Virus record (IMG/VR): IMGVR_UViG_3300042691_015921
Reading direction: 5' to 3' (one strand)
DNA from: a virus
Length of the DNA: 64,000 nt
This document shows positions 52,304-62,229 of this stretch, piece after piece. Below the pieces are notes generated by a model that was given only the letters and a program-made list of their open reading frames with translations, had not been told where the DNA came from and made no database searches. A program made the position numbers and the translations under genes. The first letter of the stretch is position 1, and every line of letters begins with the position of its first letter.

Positions 52304-53364
52304 GTTGCGGACAGAATTGTAATTGCAATTGCAAGAAAGCTATTATTACTGGAATAACCGGACAGGACGGATCACATCTCGCTGACTTTCTTTTATCAAG
52401 AGGATATAAGGTTGTTGGCATAACCCGACGTTCTTCTACTGATAATACCGGTAGGATTAAACACCTTCTTGACCATCCTAATTTTAAATTAGTGGATGGA
52501 GATATTACTGATTATTCTAGTATTGTAAATGTATTACTAAAATATGCCCCAAGACAAAAAGTATGTGAATTCTATAATCTTGCGGCACAATCACACGTTG
52601 CCGTTTCTTTTAAACAGCCCGGATTAACATGGGATGTTACCGCCAAAGGATGTTTAAATATTCTACAGGCTATTGTTGATTTGCAGTTAACCAACAATGT
52701 CAAATTCTATCAAGCCAGTAGTAGTGAAATGTTTGGTAAAAATTACGATGTTGTTGATGGTAAGAAAGTTCAAAGTGAAACTACAAGATTTTTGCCACAA
52801 AGCCCATACGCAATAGCAAAATGTGCCGCTCATGAGGCTGTAAGACTCTATCGTGAAGCGTATGGAATACATGCTAGTGCCGGAATATTATTTAACCACG
52901 AAGGGCCAAGGCGTGGAGAAACTTTCGTTACACGCAAGATTACAAAGTGGATTGGGGATTTTTGTAAACATATAGTGTCCAACGGAGTCGAAGTACCATT
53001 TCCGAAGCTACGTCTAGGGAATCTTGAAGCATTTAGAGATTGGGGGTACGCAGGAGATTACGTGGAAGCCATGTGGATGATGTTACAACAGGATATTCCT
53101 GATGATTATGTCATTTGTACTGGTGAAACTCATTCTATTCGGGAGTTCTTAGACGTAGCCTTTAATAGAATTGGCATTAGGGACTGGTCAGAATATGTAG
53201 TACAAGACCCAGAATTTTATAGACCGGCAGAAGTAGACTATCTACTAGGTGATAACACAAAGGCCACAAATAAATTAGGATGGAGGCCAAAGACTTCCTT
53301 TGAGGAACTTGTATCAATGATGCTACAACATGATTTAAATAATGAATTACAAAGTAGTTGTTAA
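52300..53364 (+). CDS. gmd: GDP-mannose 4,6-dehydratase
   Basis: ITGITGQDGSHLA, YNLAAQSHV, FYQASSSEMFG, PQSPYAIAK, GILFNHE, RDWGYAGDYV. Confidence 0.97.
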   Translation: MSCGQNCNCNCKKAIITGITGQDGSHLADFLLSRGYKVVGITRRSSTDNTGRIKHLLDHPNFKLVDGDITDYSSIVNVLLKYAPRQKVCEFYNLAAQSHVAVSFKQPGLTWDVTAKGCLNILQAIVDLQLTNNVKFYQASSSEMFGKNYDVVDGKKVQSETTRFLPQSPYAIAKCAAHEAVRLYREAYGIHASAGILFNHEGPRRGETFVTRKITKWIGDFCKHIVSNGVEVPFPKLRLGNLEAFRDWGYAGDYVEAMWMMLQQDIPDDYVICTGETHSIREFLDVAFNRIGIRDWSEYVVQDPEFYRPAEVDYLLGDNTKATNKLGWRPKTSFEELVSMMLQHDLNNELQSSC

Positions 53365-53593
53365 TATGCTGAGAATACTGCCCAAGATAAAAAAGCTTGG
53401 GTTTAAGCTTGGAGTTTTCAATAAAGATTCTCTAACGCTAGATATACAGGCAGACAATCCCGACGATGCTTGTTATTTTGCATATAAACTATTTTGTGAT
53501 TGTATAACGGAACAATCTTCTTCTCATGAAACTAAGAATCTATTAAAAGAGTTAAAAGATGATTTTCATGTTGTGAGTTTAACAAGACAATGA
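53342..53593 (+). CDS. hypothetical protein
   Basis: Tiled ORF. Confidence 0.7.
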   Translation: MNYKVVVNMLRILPKIKKLGFKLGVFNKDSLTLDIQADNPDDACYFAYKLFCDCITEQSSSHETKNLLKELKDDFHVVSLTRQ

Positions 53594-53865
53594 GAAATTA
53601 TGAAGATCCAATATATGCAGAGGTTCGAAAGCGTTCATTAAAGCGGGATAAATATAAATGCCAGATGCCCGGATGTAAGTGCAAGAAAAGGTTAGAATCT
53701 CATCATATTATTCCTTGGAGTAAAGCGGCATATTTGAGATATGATGTAAATAATTTGATTACTTTATGTTATGCCTGTCATAAATCAATAAAAGATCAAG
53801 AACACTTATATCAATCTTTATTCATGGAAATAGTTAAGAACAATGAAAATAATAAGAGACACTAG
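53590..53865 (+). CDS. small HNH endonuclease
   Basis: RDKYKCQMPGC..HHI.PW..NLITLCYACH. Confidence 0.9.
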   Translation: MRNYEDPIYAEVRKRSLKRDKYKCQMPGCKCKKRLESHHIIPWSKAAYLRYDVNNLITLCYACHKSIKDQEHLYQSLFMEIVKNNENNKRH

Positions 53866-54307
53866 AGAACGTAATGGATGGGATTTTCCTTTTACTGATG
53901 TGGAGATTTCCCAAAGGAAATTAGACTCTGGTGATTATACAACAGAGATACTTGAAGACTTTGTTGTAATAGAGAGAAAAGCCACCGCAACTGAATTAGC
54001 TAATAATTTAGGAAAGCGTACAGCTAAAGCTAGATTCTACCGCGAATTTGACCGGATGGTTAATTTACGGAAAGCTTATATTGTTTGTGAGTTTCCAGAA
54101 TCTAATATTTACGAATTTCCAAAGAACTCGGGAATGTCATTAGCACAAATGGCTAAAGTCAAACTTAATGGCAAATATCTAGCGAAGCTAGTATCGCAGA
54201 TAAGCTTAGATTATCCTAACATAGAAGTGGTATTCTGTCAAGACCGGGATAGTGCGGAAAACTTTACATACGATACTCTCAAGTCATGGGAAGAAGAAAT
54301 CAGATGA
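53843..54307 (+). CDS. ERCC4-domain nuclease
   Basis: IIRDTRE, KLDSGDY, IERK. Confidence 0.88.
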   Translation: MKIIRDTRERNGWDFPFTDVEISQRKLDSGDYTTEILEDFVVIERKATATELANNLGKRTAKARFYREFDRMVNLRKAYIVCEFPESNIYEFPKNSGMSLAQMAKVKLNGKYLAKLVSQISLDYPNIEVVFCQDRDSAENFTYDTLKSWEEEIR

Positions 54308-54936
54308 AAAATGATAAAGACTTACTACACGATTTACACAATTATAGTGCCAATATCAATACAAGAGAGATATTCCTACATAATTCTTTAATGTCGGACG
54401 ATAACCAAAATCCCGGCGTGGAATATAAAATGGCTACCGCATTTATTAAAAATATAAGGGTACTGGAAGGCCGGTCATCTGATCCAATTAAAATTCATAT
54501 GCAAAGTATTGGCGGGGAATGGGCTGATGGGATGGCAATATATGACGCTATCACGATGTGTAAATCTCATGTTACTATTATCGCCTATGGTCAAGCGGAG
54601 TCAATGAGTAGTATTATCTTACAAGCGGCAGATGAGCGGCTAATTACCCCGAATACATACTTTATGTGTCACTTTGGTAGTTCTTATGGGGGTGGTGATT
54701 TCCAAAACGTTCATAATTGGATGGAACAAGACCGGAAGTTTTTACATGTAATGATGGATATATACACCCGAAAATGTGTGGATGGGGAGTTCTTCAAAGA
54801 CAAGTTTAATAAAAAGCCGACAGAAAATCAAGTAAAACAATATCTAATGAGAAAGCTTAAGTCTGGAGACTGGTATCTAAGTGCAAAAGAAGCGGTCTAT
54901 TATGGCTTTGCAGATAGGGTAGTGACCTCATGGTAA
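54304..54936 (+). CDS. ClpP-like serine protease
   Basis: SIGG..GMAIYD, GQAESMSS (Ser), FMCH (His), GDWYLSAKEAVYYGFAD. Confidence 0.9.
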   Translation: MKNDKDLLHDLHNYSANINTREIFLHNSLMSDDNQNPGVEYKMATAFIKNIRVLEGRSSDPIKIHMQSIGGEWADGMAIYDAITMCKSHVTIIAYGQAESMSSIILQAADERLITPNTYFMCHFGSSYGGGDFQNVHNWMEQDRKFLHVMMDIYTRKCVDGEFFKDKFNKKPTENQVKQYLMRKLKSGDWYLSAKEAVYYGFADRVVTSW

Positions 54937-57900
54937 ATGTAGAGATTAAAGACAGAACTGTTATAACAGAACTTAATAATGCATGGTTAAATCTAAATGT
55001 AGATGACCGGTTTATAATTAATCCTCTAGATAGACTAAAGACAGATGACCCGGAGGAATTTTATAAGCGACTAACTTGCTTATTTATGAACCCGGAATAC
55101 TTTTCATTTATATGCAAGCATTTACTAAATATCGACCTATTACCAATGCAGGCGTTGATATTACAAGAGATGTGGAATAGAAAATTTCCAATGCTTGTGG
55201 GGACAAGAGGGCTGGGGAAAGCGATTAGGCCAGATGAAAAAATTAGGGTTAAAAATGGATGGAAGTCGATGCGTGATATCGAAGTTGGTGATCATGTATA
55301 TAGCTCTGATGGAACCTTATGCAATGTTATTTACAAGACAGAGTTGCAAAAAAATCTAGTAATGTATCGCATCTCATTAAGAGATGGCAGGACCATAGAC
55401 TGCTGTGAAGATCATATGTGGAAAGTATGGGATAAGAATAAAAACCAAGATCCAAAAAATCCCACTATATGGTCAGAGTTAAAAACAAAGGACTTAGCAG
55501 ATAATTATTTCTACGTGAGAAAAGATAGTAAATCTAAGACTCCAAAAGTCTGCAAAGAATACAGATATGCTTTACCAGTTAATAAGGCATTAATGAATGA
55601 GGAAGAGTCTATTTTGCCATTGCATCCGTATGTTGTTGGCGTTTTATTAGGAGATGGAACATTAACGCAAAATGCAATTGTCATATCATCTAGGGATTCG
55701 GAATTACTAGATAGATTTCAATCGCTATTGCCTTATGGTTATGTATTGAAGGCACGAAACGATATAGACTATGCAATTATAAGATCTGATAAGAAGGTTT
55801 TACCATTTCATCATTTATGTAGAGAAGTTAAAATCTGGGGACATAATTCACATACAAAATTCATTCCAGACCTATATAAGTTTGCATCTTATAATCAGAA
55901 GCTTGAGTTAATAAAAGGACTAATGGATACAGACGGATGGTCCGATTGTAGAACAATAGAGTATTATACAGTTTCAGAAAAGCTTTGTAATGACTTCATG
56001 GATGTAATTAGGTCATTAGGTATTTCTTGCAGCAAAAAAATCAAACCGTCATATATAGGAAAAAGAAGATACGCAGACTGTTATAAAATAAGGATCTATA
56101 CTGATCAAGGAATATTTTCTTTAACAAGAAAGCTATCGTATCTGAATCATAAAAAATCAAAAGCTGGTGAGTCTAAATATGAAAAGATTTTTATCACAAA
56201 TATTGAGCGAATTGAAAACGCAGAGGGATACTGCATAAAAGTGGATAGTCTAGATAGTACATATATCACCAAAGATTATATAGTAACTCACAATACGTTT
56301 CTTCTATCGCTATATTGTATACTACGTGCATCACTGATACCAAACAGAAAAATTGTAGTAGTAGGTTCAGCATTCAGACAGTCAAAGTATCTTCATGATT
56401 ATATGGAGAACATATGGAAGAATGCACCAATATTAAGAGACATGTGTGACAGTAATAGTGGCCCAAGAAGAGACGTTGATATGTGCAAAATGACGATTAA
56501 TGGAAGCACCATATCGGCGTTACCTATCGGGGACGGTCAAAAAATTCGCGGACAGCGAGCCAATGATATTGTCGCGGATGAGTTTGCGAGCATGTCCCGA
56601 GAAGTTTTTGAAAATGTTATCGCCGGCTTCGCGGCCGTTTCTGCCTCTCCAGTAGAAAACGTTAAAAGAATGGCTATGGAAGCAAAAGCCCTAGAAATGG
56701 GTATTGATCCATCTTCACTTTATGGAGAGAAAAAAATACTTGAAGCTGCTAAAAGCAATCAAATTATCATATCTGGAACAGCATATTACGAATTTAATCA
56801 TTTTGCCGAATACTGGAAAAGATGGAAGACTATCATAGAAACTCGCGGCGATAGAAAAGCGATAATGAACAATGTATTTAATGGCGAGGAAATACCTCCT
56901 TCTTTTAAATGGGATGATTATTCTATTATCAGAATACCGGTCGATTTAGTACCAAGAGGATTCATGGATGAAGGACAAATCGCACGTTCTAAAGCAACTA
57001 TTCATAATGGCCTCTATCTTATGGAGTTTGGTGCTGTATTTACAAAAGATAGTAAAGGATTTTTCAAGAGAAGTTTAATTGAGTCTTGTGTTGGAACAGA
57101 TTCAAAGCCCGTAAAGATTGCAAGCGGGGATATATACTTTGATCCTCTTTTACGTGGAAATAAAAATGAAAAGTATGTCATGGCTATTGACCCGGCGTCA
57201 GAAGTAGATAATTTTAGTATTATTATTCTAGAACTCCATCAAGACCATAGGCGGGTTGTACATTGTTGGACCACTACAAGAAAAGATCATACAGAGCGTG
57301 TAAAGAAAGGTCTGACTAAAGAGAATAACTTCTATAGCTATTGTGCAAGAAAAATTAGAGATTTAATGAACTTATTCCAAATTGTGCATATTGCTATGGA
57401 CGCACAGGGCGGCGGTTATTCAGTTGCGGAAGCATTACATGATAATAGTCAATTACAGCCCGGAGAGATTGCTATTTGGCCGATCATTGATGAAGAAAAA
57501 CCACAGCCGTCAGATGATCAGCCAGGATTACATATTTTAGAGATGTGTCAATTTGCCAAGTATGATTGGTATTCTGACGCTAACCATGGACTACGTAAAG
57601 ACTTAGAAGATAAAACATTACTATTCCCAAGATTTGATCCAGTTACTATAGGTTTATCAATTGAAGAAGATAAAGCAAATAATAGACTTTATGATACATT
57701 AGAAGATTGTGTCATGGAAATTGAAGAACTTAAGAATGAACTATCATTAATTGAAGTTAGTGAGAGTATAAATGGACGTATGCGATGGGACACCCCAGAA
57801 GTTAAAGTAGGGGTTGGCAAAAAACAAAGAATGCGTAAGGATAGATATTCCGCATTAATTATGGCAAATATGGCGGGAAGAAATATTGACCTTGGCGAAA

Positions 57901-58019
57901 AGCAGGCGACATATTCTGCCTACGGTGGATTTGCCGTAAAGAGCAACGCACAGAGATTTGAAGGTGCTACATTTTCTGGTCCCAACTGGTTTACTTCACA
58001 AATGAATAACATTTACTAA
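54930..58019 (+). CDS. terL: terminase large subunit (intein-containing)
   Basis: LLPMQ, Walker A GTRGLGK|T split by intein, RGQRA, Walker B IVADEF, nuclease AIDPA, KDRYSA. Confidence 0.93.
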   Translation: MVNVEIKDRTVITELNNAWLNLNVDDRFIINPLDRLKTDDPEEFYKRLTCLFMNPEYFSFICKHLLNIDLLPMQALILQEMWNRKFPMLVGTRGLGKAIRPDEKIRVKNGWKSMRDIEVGDHVYSSDGTLCNVIYKTELQKNLVMYRISLRDGRTIDCCEDHMWKVWDKNKNQDPKNPTIWSELKTKDLADNYFYVRKDSKSKTPKVCKEYRYALPVNKALMNEEESILPLHPYVVGVLLGDGTLTQNAIVISSRDSELLDRFQSLLPYGYVLKARNDIDYAIIRSDKKVLPFHHLCREVKIWGHNSHTKFIPDLYKFASYNQKLELIKGLMDTDGWSDCRTIEYYTVSEKLCNDFMDVIRSLGISCSKKIKPSYIGKRRYADCYKIRIYTDQGIFSLTRKLSYLNHKKSKAGESKYEKIFITNIERIENAEGYCIKVDSLDSTYITKDYIVTHNTFLLSLYCILRASLIPNRKIVVVGSAFRQSKYLHDYMENIWKNAPILRDMCDSNSGPRRDVDMCKMTINGSTISALPIGDGQKIRGQRANDIVADEFASMSREVFENVIAGFAAVSASPVENVKRMAMEAKALEMGIDPSSLYGEKKILEAAKSNQIIISGTAYYEFNHFAEYWKRWKTIIETRGDRKAIMNNVFNGEEIPPSFKWDDYSIIRIPVDLVPRGFMDEGQIARSKATIHNGLYLMEFGAVFTKDSKGFFKRSLIESCVGTDSKPVKIASGDIYFDPLLRGNKNEKYVMAIDPASEVDNFSIIILELHQDHRRVVHCWTTTRKDHTERVKKGLTKENNFYSYCARKIRDLMNLFQIVHIAMDAQGGGYSVAEALHDNSQLQPGEIAIWPIIDEEKPQPSDDQPGLHILEMCQFAKYDWYSDANHGLRKDLEDKTLLFPRFDPVTIGLSIEEDKANNRLYDTLEDCVMEIEELKNELSLIEVSESINGRMRWDTPEVKVGVGKKQRMRKDRYSALIMANMAGRNIDLGEKQATYSAYGGFAVKSNAQRFEGATFSGPNWFTSQMNNIY
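55221..56294 (+). mobile_element. intein with LAGLIDADG endonuclease, Ala1 / WCT class-3 type
   Basis: Starts A, block B CCEDHMW, LLGDG and GLMDTDG, block F GYCIKVD, ends VTHN/T; 358 aa. Confidence 0.9.
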
Positions 58020-58026
58020 TTTATAT

Positions 58027-58042
58027 GGAGTATAATAAACAG
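58027..58042 (+). promoter_or_regulatory. candidate late promoter GGAGTATAATAAACAG
   Basis: Similar 16-mers at 60202 and 50345; no -35. Confidence 0.5.
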
Positions 58043-58084
58043 TTAGATCGCATTTCGAATCCATACAGATTGATATAGAAGAGG

Positions 58085-60184
58085 ATGAAAATGGCAGAAG
58101 ATAATAAAACACCAGACAAAACACCATATATATTTTGGACTTCGGCAGAAGATCAACAGACCGCTTTTGATAAGACTGTTGGCAATGTCGATAGTTATGA
58201 CGGAATTATGACATCTAATGCCGCTAGTCGTCGCTCACATATTGATATTGAGCCAAATATATCAGTCAGAACTGACTTTCTTAAGGACGATTATTATCGC
58301 TTTCGTCCATTTGAAGAACCGGCTAGTAACTTTAAACAAGCCATGTCCATGTGCATGAAAGCATATGAGAGGGTTGGAATAGTTAAGAACGTGATTGATC
58401 TCATGGGAGATTTTGGATCACAGGGAATTACATTAAATCATCCTAATAAAAAGATAGAAAGATTTTATCGTAGATGGTTTAAGAAGGTAAAAGGAGAAGA
58501 ACGCTCTGAGAGATTTTTAAATATGTTATATCGTTGCGGAAACGTAGTGATACAAAAACGTTATGGAAAAATCTCCAAGAAACAGGAGCGTAATTTATCT
58601 AAAGCTGGAGACTCAATAGAATTAAAAGATCTTGGAGTTTTAAAACGTGAAATACCTCTTAAATATGATTTTCTCAACCCTTTAATGATTGATGTTGAGG
58701 GTGGATATGCCGGTGCTTTTAGCGGCGATAAAAAGTTTAAGATGAAGATTAGTAATTCTGTACGTAAATCATTTGAAAAGAATGGTAAATATATAGAGAA
58801 TCTCCCTTCTCAAATAAAAAAGGCATTAGAAAAACAAGAGAGTTACATTAAACTAGATAGTGATACTATTGAAGTATTTTACTATAAGAAGGATGATTGG
58901 GAGTTGTGGGCAAACCCAATGATCAACGCTATTATTGATGATATTATAATGCTAGAAAAAATGAAGCTAGCTGATATGTCCGCTCTAGATGGTGCTATTT
59001 CAAATATCAGACTTTGGAGATTAGGTAATCTAGAACATAAGATTTTACCAAACAAAGGTGCTATTGATAAACTACGTAATATTTTAGCGAGCAACGTTGG
59101 CGGCGGAACAATGGATTTAGTTTGGGGTCCAGAAATTGACTTTAAAGAAAGTAATACTCAGATATATAAATTTCTTGGTTCTGAAAAATACCAGCCAGTT
59201 CTTAATAGTATTTATGCCGGTCTTGGTATTCCTCCAACTCTAACTGGATTGGCCGGTCAGTCGGGTGGATTTACTAACAATTTTATTTCTTTAAAAACGC
59301 TCATTGAAAGGCTAGAATATGGCCGCGATCTACTTTATGAATTCTGGGAAAAAGAAATAGAATATGTACAAAAGGCTATGGGTTTTAGTACCCCTGCCAC
59401 ATTACACTTTGAGCATATGATTTTATCAGATGAAACGGCCGAAAAGAATCTATTAATGCAGTTAGTTGATAGAGATATTATCTCCGTTGAAACTCTTAGA
59501 GAAAGACTTGGCGAACTTAACGACGTTGAAAACTCTAGAATTAAAACAGAAGCAAGAAAGAGATATCAAAGACAAATGCCTCCAAAAGCAGATCCATTCC
59601 ATAATGGCAATGCGGATTCTGAATACAGAAAGATTGCCTTACAAAGAGGCGAAATTGGAATTGATGATGTAACAACTCTAAAGCCAAAAGAACAAAGTCC
59701 AATAAGTACTCCTCCCGGATTACAAAATAATAAAAAGTCTCCAAATAATAATGGCAGACCAAAGTTTGCTCAAGATACAAAACCAAGAAAACAAAAGAGA
59801 GTATTACCAAAGAGTAAACCAGCACTTGCATCTCTTTTAGTTTGGAGTGCAGAAGCACAAAAGGTAATTTCTAATATAATTAATCCGGCAATGTTAAATC
59901 ATTATAATAAGAAAAATCTTAGAGAATTAACAAAGGCCGAATTAACAGATTTGGAAGAAATAAAATTTAGAGTATTATGTAGCTTAACTCCATACGATTT
60001 AATAAATGAAGAAAAAATAGCTTTAATTCTAGAAAATAATCCGAAGGTAAGTCCATCTCAAAACGAGATGAAGACTCAATTAAAAGCGGAATTTATAGAA
60101 AATCAAGGCAGAACGCCATCTATAGATGAATTACGACAGATATATAATTTAACTTATTCATTCGATTTTTTTACAGAAAAATAA
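58085..60184 (+). CDS. portal protein
   Basis: Position after terL; GIVKNVIDLM, GNV, LNP, LGIP..L, ISVETL. Confidence 0.85.
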   Translation: MKMAEDNKTPDKTPYIFWTSAEDQQTAFDKTVGNVDSYDGIMTSNAASRRSHIDIEPNISVRTDFLKDDYYRFRPFEEPASNFKQAMSMCMKAYERVGIVKNVIDLMGDFGSQGITLNHPNKKIERFYRRWFKKVKGEERSERFLNMLYRCGNVVIQKRYGKISKKQERNLSKAGDSIELKDLGVLKREIPLKYDFLNPLMIDVEGGYAGAFSGDKKFKMKISNSVRKSFEKNGKYIENLPSQIKKALEKQESYIKLDSDTIEVFYYKKDDWELWANPMINAIIDDIIMLEKMKLADMSALDGAISNIRLWRLGNLEHKILPNKGAIDKLRNILASNVGGGTMDLVWGPEIDFKESNTQIYKFLGSEKYQPVLNSIYAGLGIPPTLTGLAGQSGGFTNNFISLKTLIERLEYGRDLLYEFWEKEIEYVQKAMGFSTPATLHFEHMILSDETAEKNLLMQLVDRDIISVETLRERLGELNDVENSRIKTEARKRYQRQMPPKADPFHNGNADSEYRKIALQRGEIGIDDVTTLKPKEQSPISTPPGLQNNKKSPNNNGRPKFAQDTKPRKQKRVLPKSKPALASLLVWSAEAQKVISNIINPAMLNHYNKKNLRELTKAELTDLEEIKFRVLCSLTPYDLINEEKIALILENNPKVSPSQNEMKTQLKAEFIENQGRTPSIDELRQIYNLTYSFDFFTEK

Positions 60185-60201
60185 CTTAAATTATGTTTTT
60201 T

Positions 60202-60217
60202 GGAGTATTACAAATAG
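60202..60217 (+). promoter_or_regulatory. candidate late promoter GGAGTATTACAAATAG
   Basis: Matches 58027 motif. Confidence 0.5.
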
Positions 60218-60229
60218 AAAGGCAACAAT

Positions 60230-61735
60230 ATGAAAATATATGAACACGAAAAATCAGACGGCATTGCAGAAGCTATAGAACAAAATAATTCTATTGCTTT
60301 TGAATGTGATATTCTCAGCAAGGAGATAGTATCTCCTGGCAATATCTTTTCGTCTTTCGCAAGTTTGTATAAGGATGCCGAAAAACAAAACGATTTATAC
60401 TATTTGAATTCCATACTTGTTTCAGCCGGTTGGAACAAAAATGACGATGTATTTGGCGTTAATGAGTTATGGGTTGCTCGCAATACTCCCGTAAACAAAC
60501 AATTTAACTATATGCATGATGATACTGATATCATCGGACATATAACCGGATCTATGGTTGTAGATCACGACGGTAATGAAGTTAAACATAATACAGACCC
60601 CTCTTCTTTACCAGAAAAACTTGATATTATAACAAGTGCTGTTATTTATAAAACATGGTCTGATCCAGTAATGAGACAAAGGATTGAAGAATTAACACAA
60701 GAAATAGACAATGGCTTATGGTCCGTTTCTATGGAATGTGTATTCAACAACTTTGATTATGCTATCATCGCACCAAATAATGAACAAAAAGTTTTGTCCA
60801 GAACGGAAGCTTCTTCCTTTCTAACAAAGCATCTAAGGGCTTATGGTGGAACTGGACAATATAACGGATACAAGATAGGAAGACTTTTAAGAGGTTTTTA
60901 TTTCTCTGGAAAAGGTTTAGTCGAAAAGCCAGCTAATCCAAGAAGTATCATTCTTAACAAGGAAGTCAATCCTTTTAATAGTAAGGCTGATGTAACCTTT
61001 TACAATTTTTTAACTGCGATGGAGAATCATAATATGAGTGATATTACCATGCCGGTTGAAGACTTAAAGGATCAACTCTCTAGCAAAGCTAGTGTTGAAC
61101 CCGAATCTACAACCGAACATACAATTGAGCCATCAGTAGATGTTACATCTGCCGATGAATCAGTTTTAGCCGAGAAAGACCAGCTTATTACATCTCTTCA
61201 AGCCAAGGTAAAAGAATTAGAAGATTCTGTTGCCGGTATGAATGGCGATAAAGACAAGATGATGAAAGAAGCCGAGGCTGTAAAGAAAGAAATGATGAAG
61301 AAAGAAGAAGAACTCAAAGGGATGAAAGATAAATATACTGCCATGCTCAAAGAAATGAAGGGCATGAAGCGTATGGCATCCCTTATTGAAGCCGGTGCCA
61401 ATGAAGAAAAAGCCGCAAAGATTGTTGAAGATTTTTCTGATGCGTCAGATGAAATGTTCACATCAGTCGTTGCTCTTTTAGCTGATAAGAAACCGGTTGT
61501 ACAATCAGAACCGGAAAAAAAGTCAGAGCCTGCTCCTGTTGATTTTGGATCAGAGGATGCGGCAAGTGATGAAGACGAAGAAGCTGATGCTTCCGAGTTG
61601 GATAGTGTCGAGGGCGTTACTGAGGCTTCCTTAGCAAACCCTGAATCAGATCAAGAAAATCAGAACACTGCTATTGCTTCTGCCGCTTCTTGGTTGCGTA
61701 AATCGGTTTTACAATCCACTAAAAATCTTAAGTGA
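60230..61735 (+). CDS. prohead protease / scaffold protein
   Basis: WNKNDDVF, NYMH..IIGH, SVSMEC, F.G.GLVEKPANP; acidic coiled-coil C-terminus. Confidence 0.85.
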   Translation: MKIYEHEKSDGIAEAIEQNNSIAFECDILSKEIVSPGNIFSSFASLYKDAEKQNDLYYLNSILVSAGWNKNDDVFGVNELWVARNTPVNKQFNYMHDDTDIIGHITGSMVVDHDGNEVKHNTDPSSLPEKLDIITSAVIYKTWSDPVMRQRIEELTQEIDNGLWSVSMECVFNNFDYAIIAPNNEQKVLSRTEASSFLTKHLRAYGGTGQYNGYKIGRLLRGFYFSGKGLVEKPANPRSIILNKEVNPFNSKADVTFYNFLTAMENHNMSDITMPVEDLKDQLSSKASVEPESTTEHTIEPSVDVTSADESVLAEKDQLITSLQAKVKELEDSVAGMNGDKDKMMKEAEAVKKEMMKKEEELKGMKDKYTAMLKEMKGMKRMASLIEAGANEEKAAKIVEDFSDASDEMFTSVVALLADKKPVVQSEPEKKSEPAPVDFGSEDAASDEDEEADASELDSVEGVTEASLANPESDQENQNTAIASAASWLRKSVLQSTKNLK

Positions 61736-61748
61736 TAGGGAGATTAAT

Positions 61749-62201
61749 ATGGCTCTTAAAGGTGATCGTTACGAATTAGATACAGACATTTCATTTTTTA
61801 TGAACGAAACCGCCGCCCGTGGCGTCGTTGTTTCAGTTAGTACACAGGGTTCTGGTTCTGCTATGGATAGTGCTGCTGCATTAGTTACAGTTGCTGCTAA
61901 TCCATCAGGTGCCAATCCACTTGGTATTCTCCTAAACGATGTAGTTAATATCGACCTAACCCGTCAGCACCTAAACCAGCATAAGGATGAAGTACAACAG
62001 GGAGGTAAGGTTACTATTCTTACCAAGGGTAATGTTGTTACTGATAGAATCAGTGGTACACCAACCGCTGGAGGCGTAGCTTATCTTGCTGCAAGTGGTT
62101 TAATTTCTACCTCTCAGGCAACCGGGGCACCAGCTATCGGACGTTTCCTTTCAACAAAGGACGCCGATGGTTATGCTAAAGTTGCTGTCAACCTTCCATG
62201 A
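61749..62201 (+). CDS. capsid decoration / cement protein
   Basis: Start MALKGDR; Gly/Ala-rich, between scaffold and MCP. Confidence 0.75.
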   Translation: MALKGDRYELDTDISFFMNETAARGVVVSVSTQGSGSAMDSAAALVTVAANPSGANPLGILLNDVVNIDLTRQHLNQHKDEVQQGGKVTILTKGNVVTDRISGTPTAGGVAYLAASGLISTSQATGAPAIGRFLSTKDADGYAKVAVNLP

Positions 62202-62229
62202 ACTTAATAAGAAATAGGAGAATATAAAT

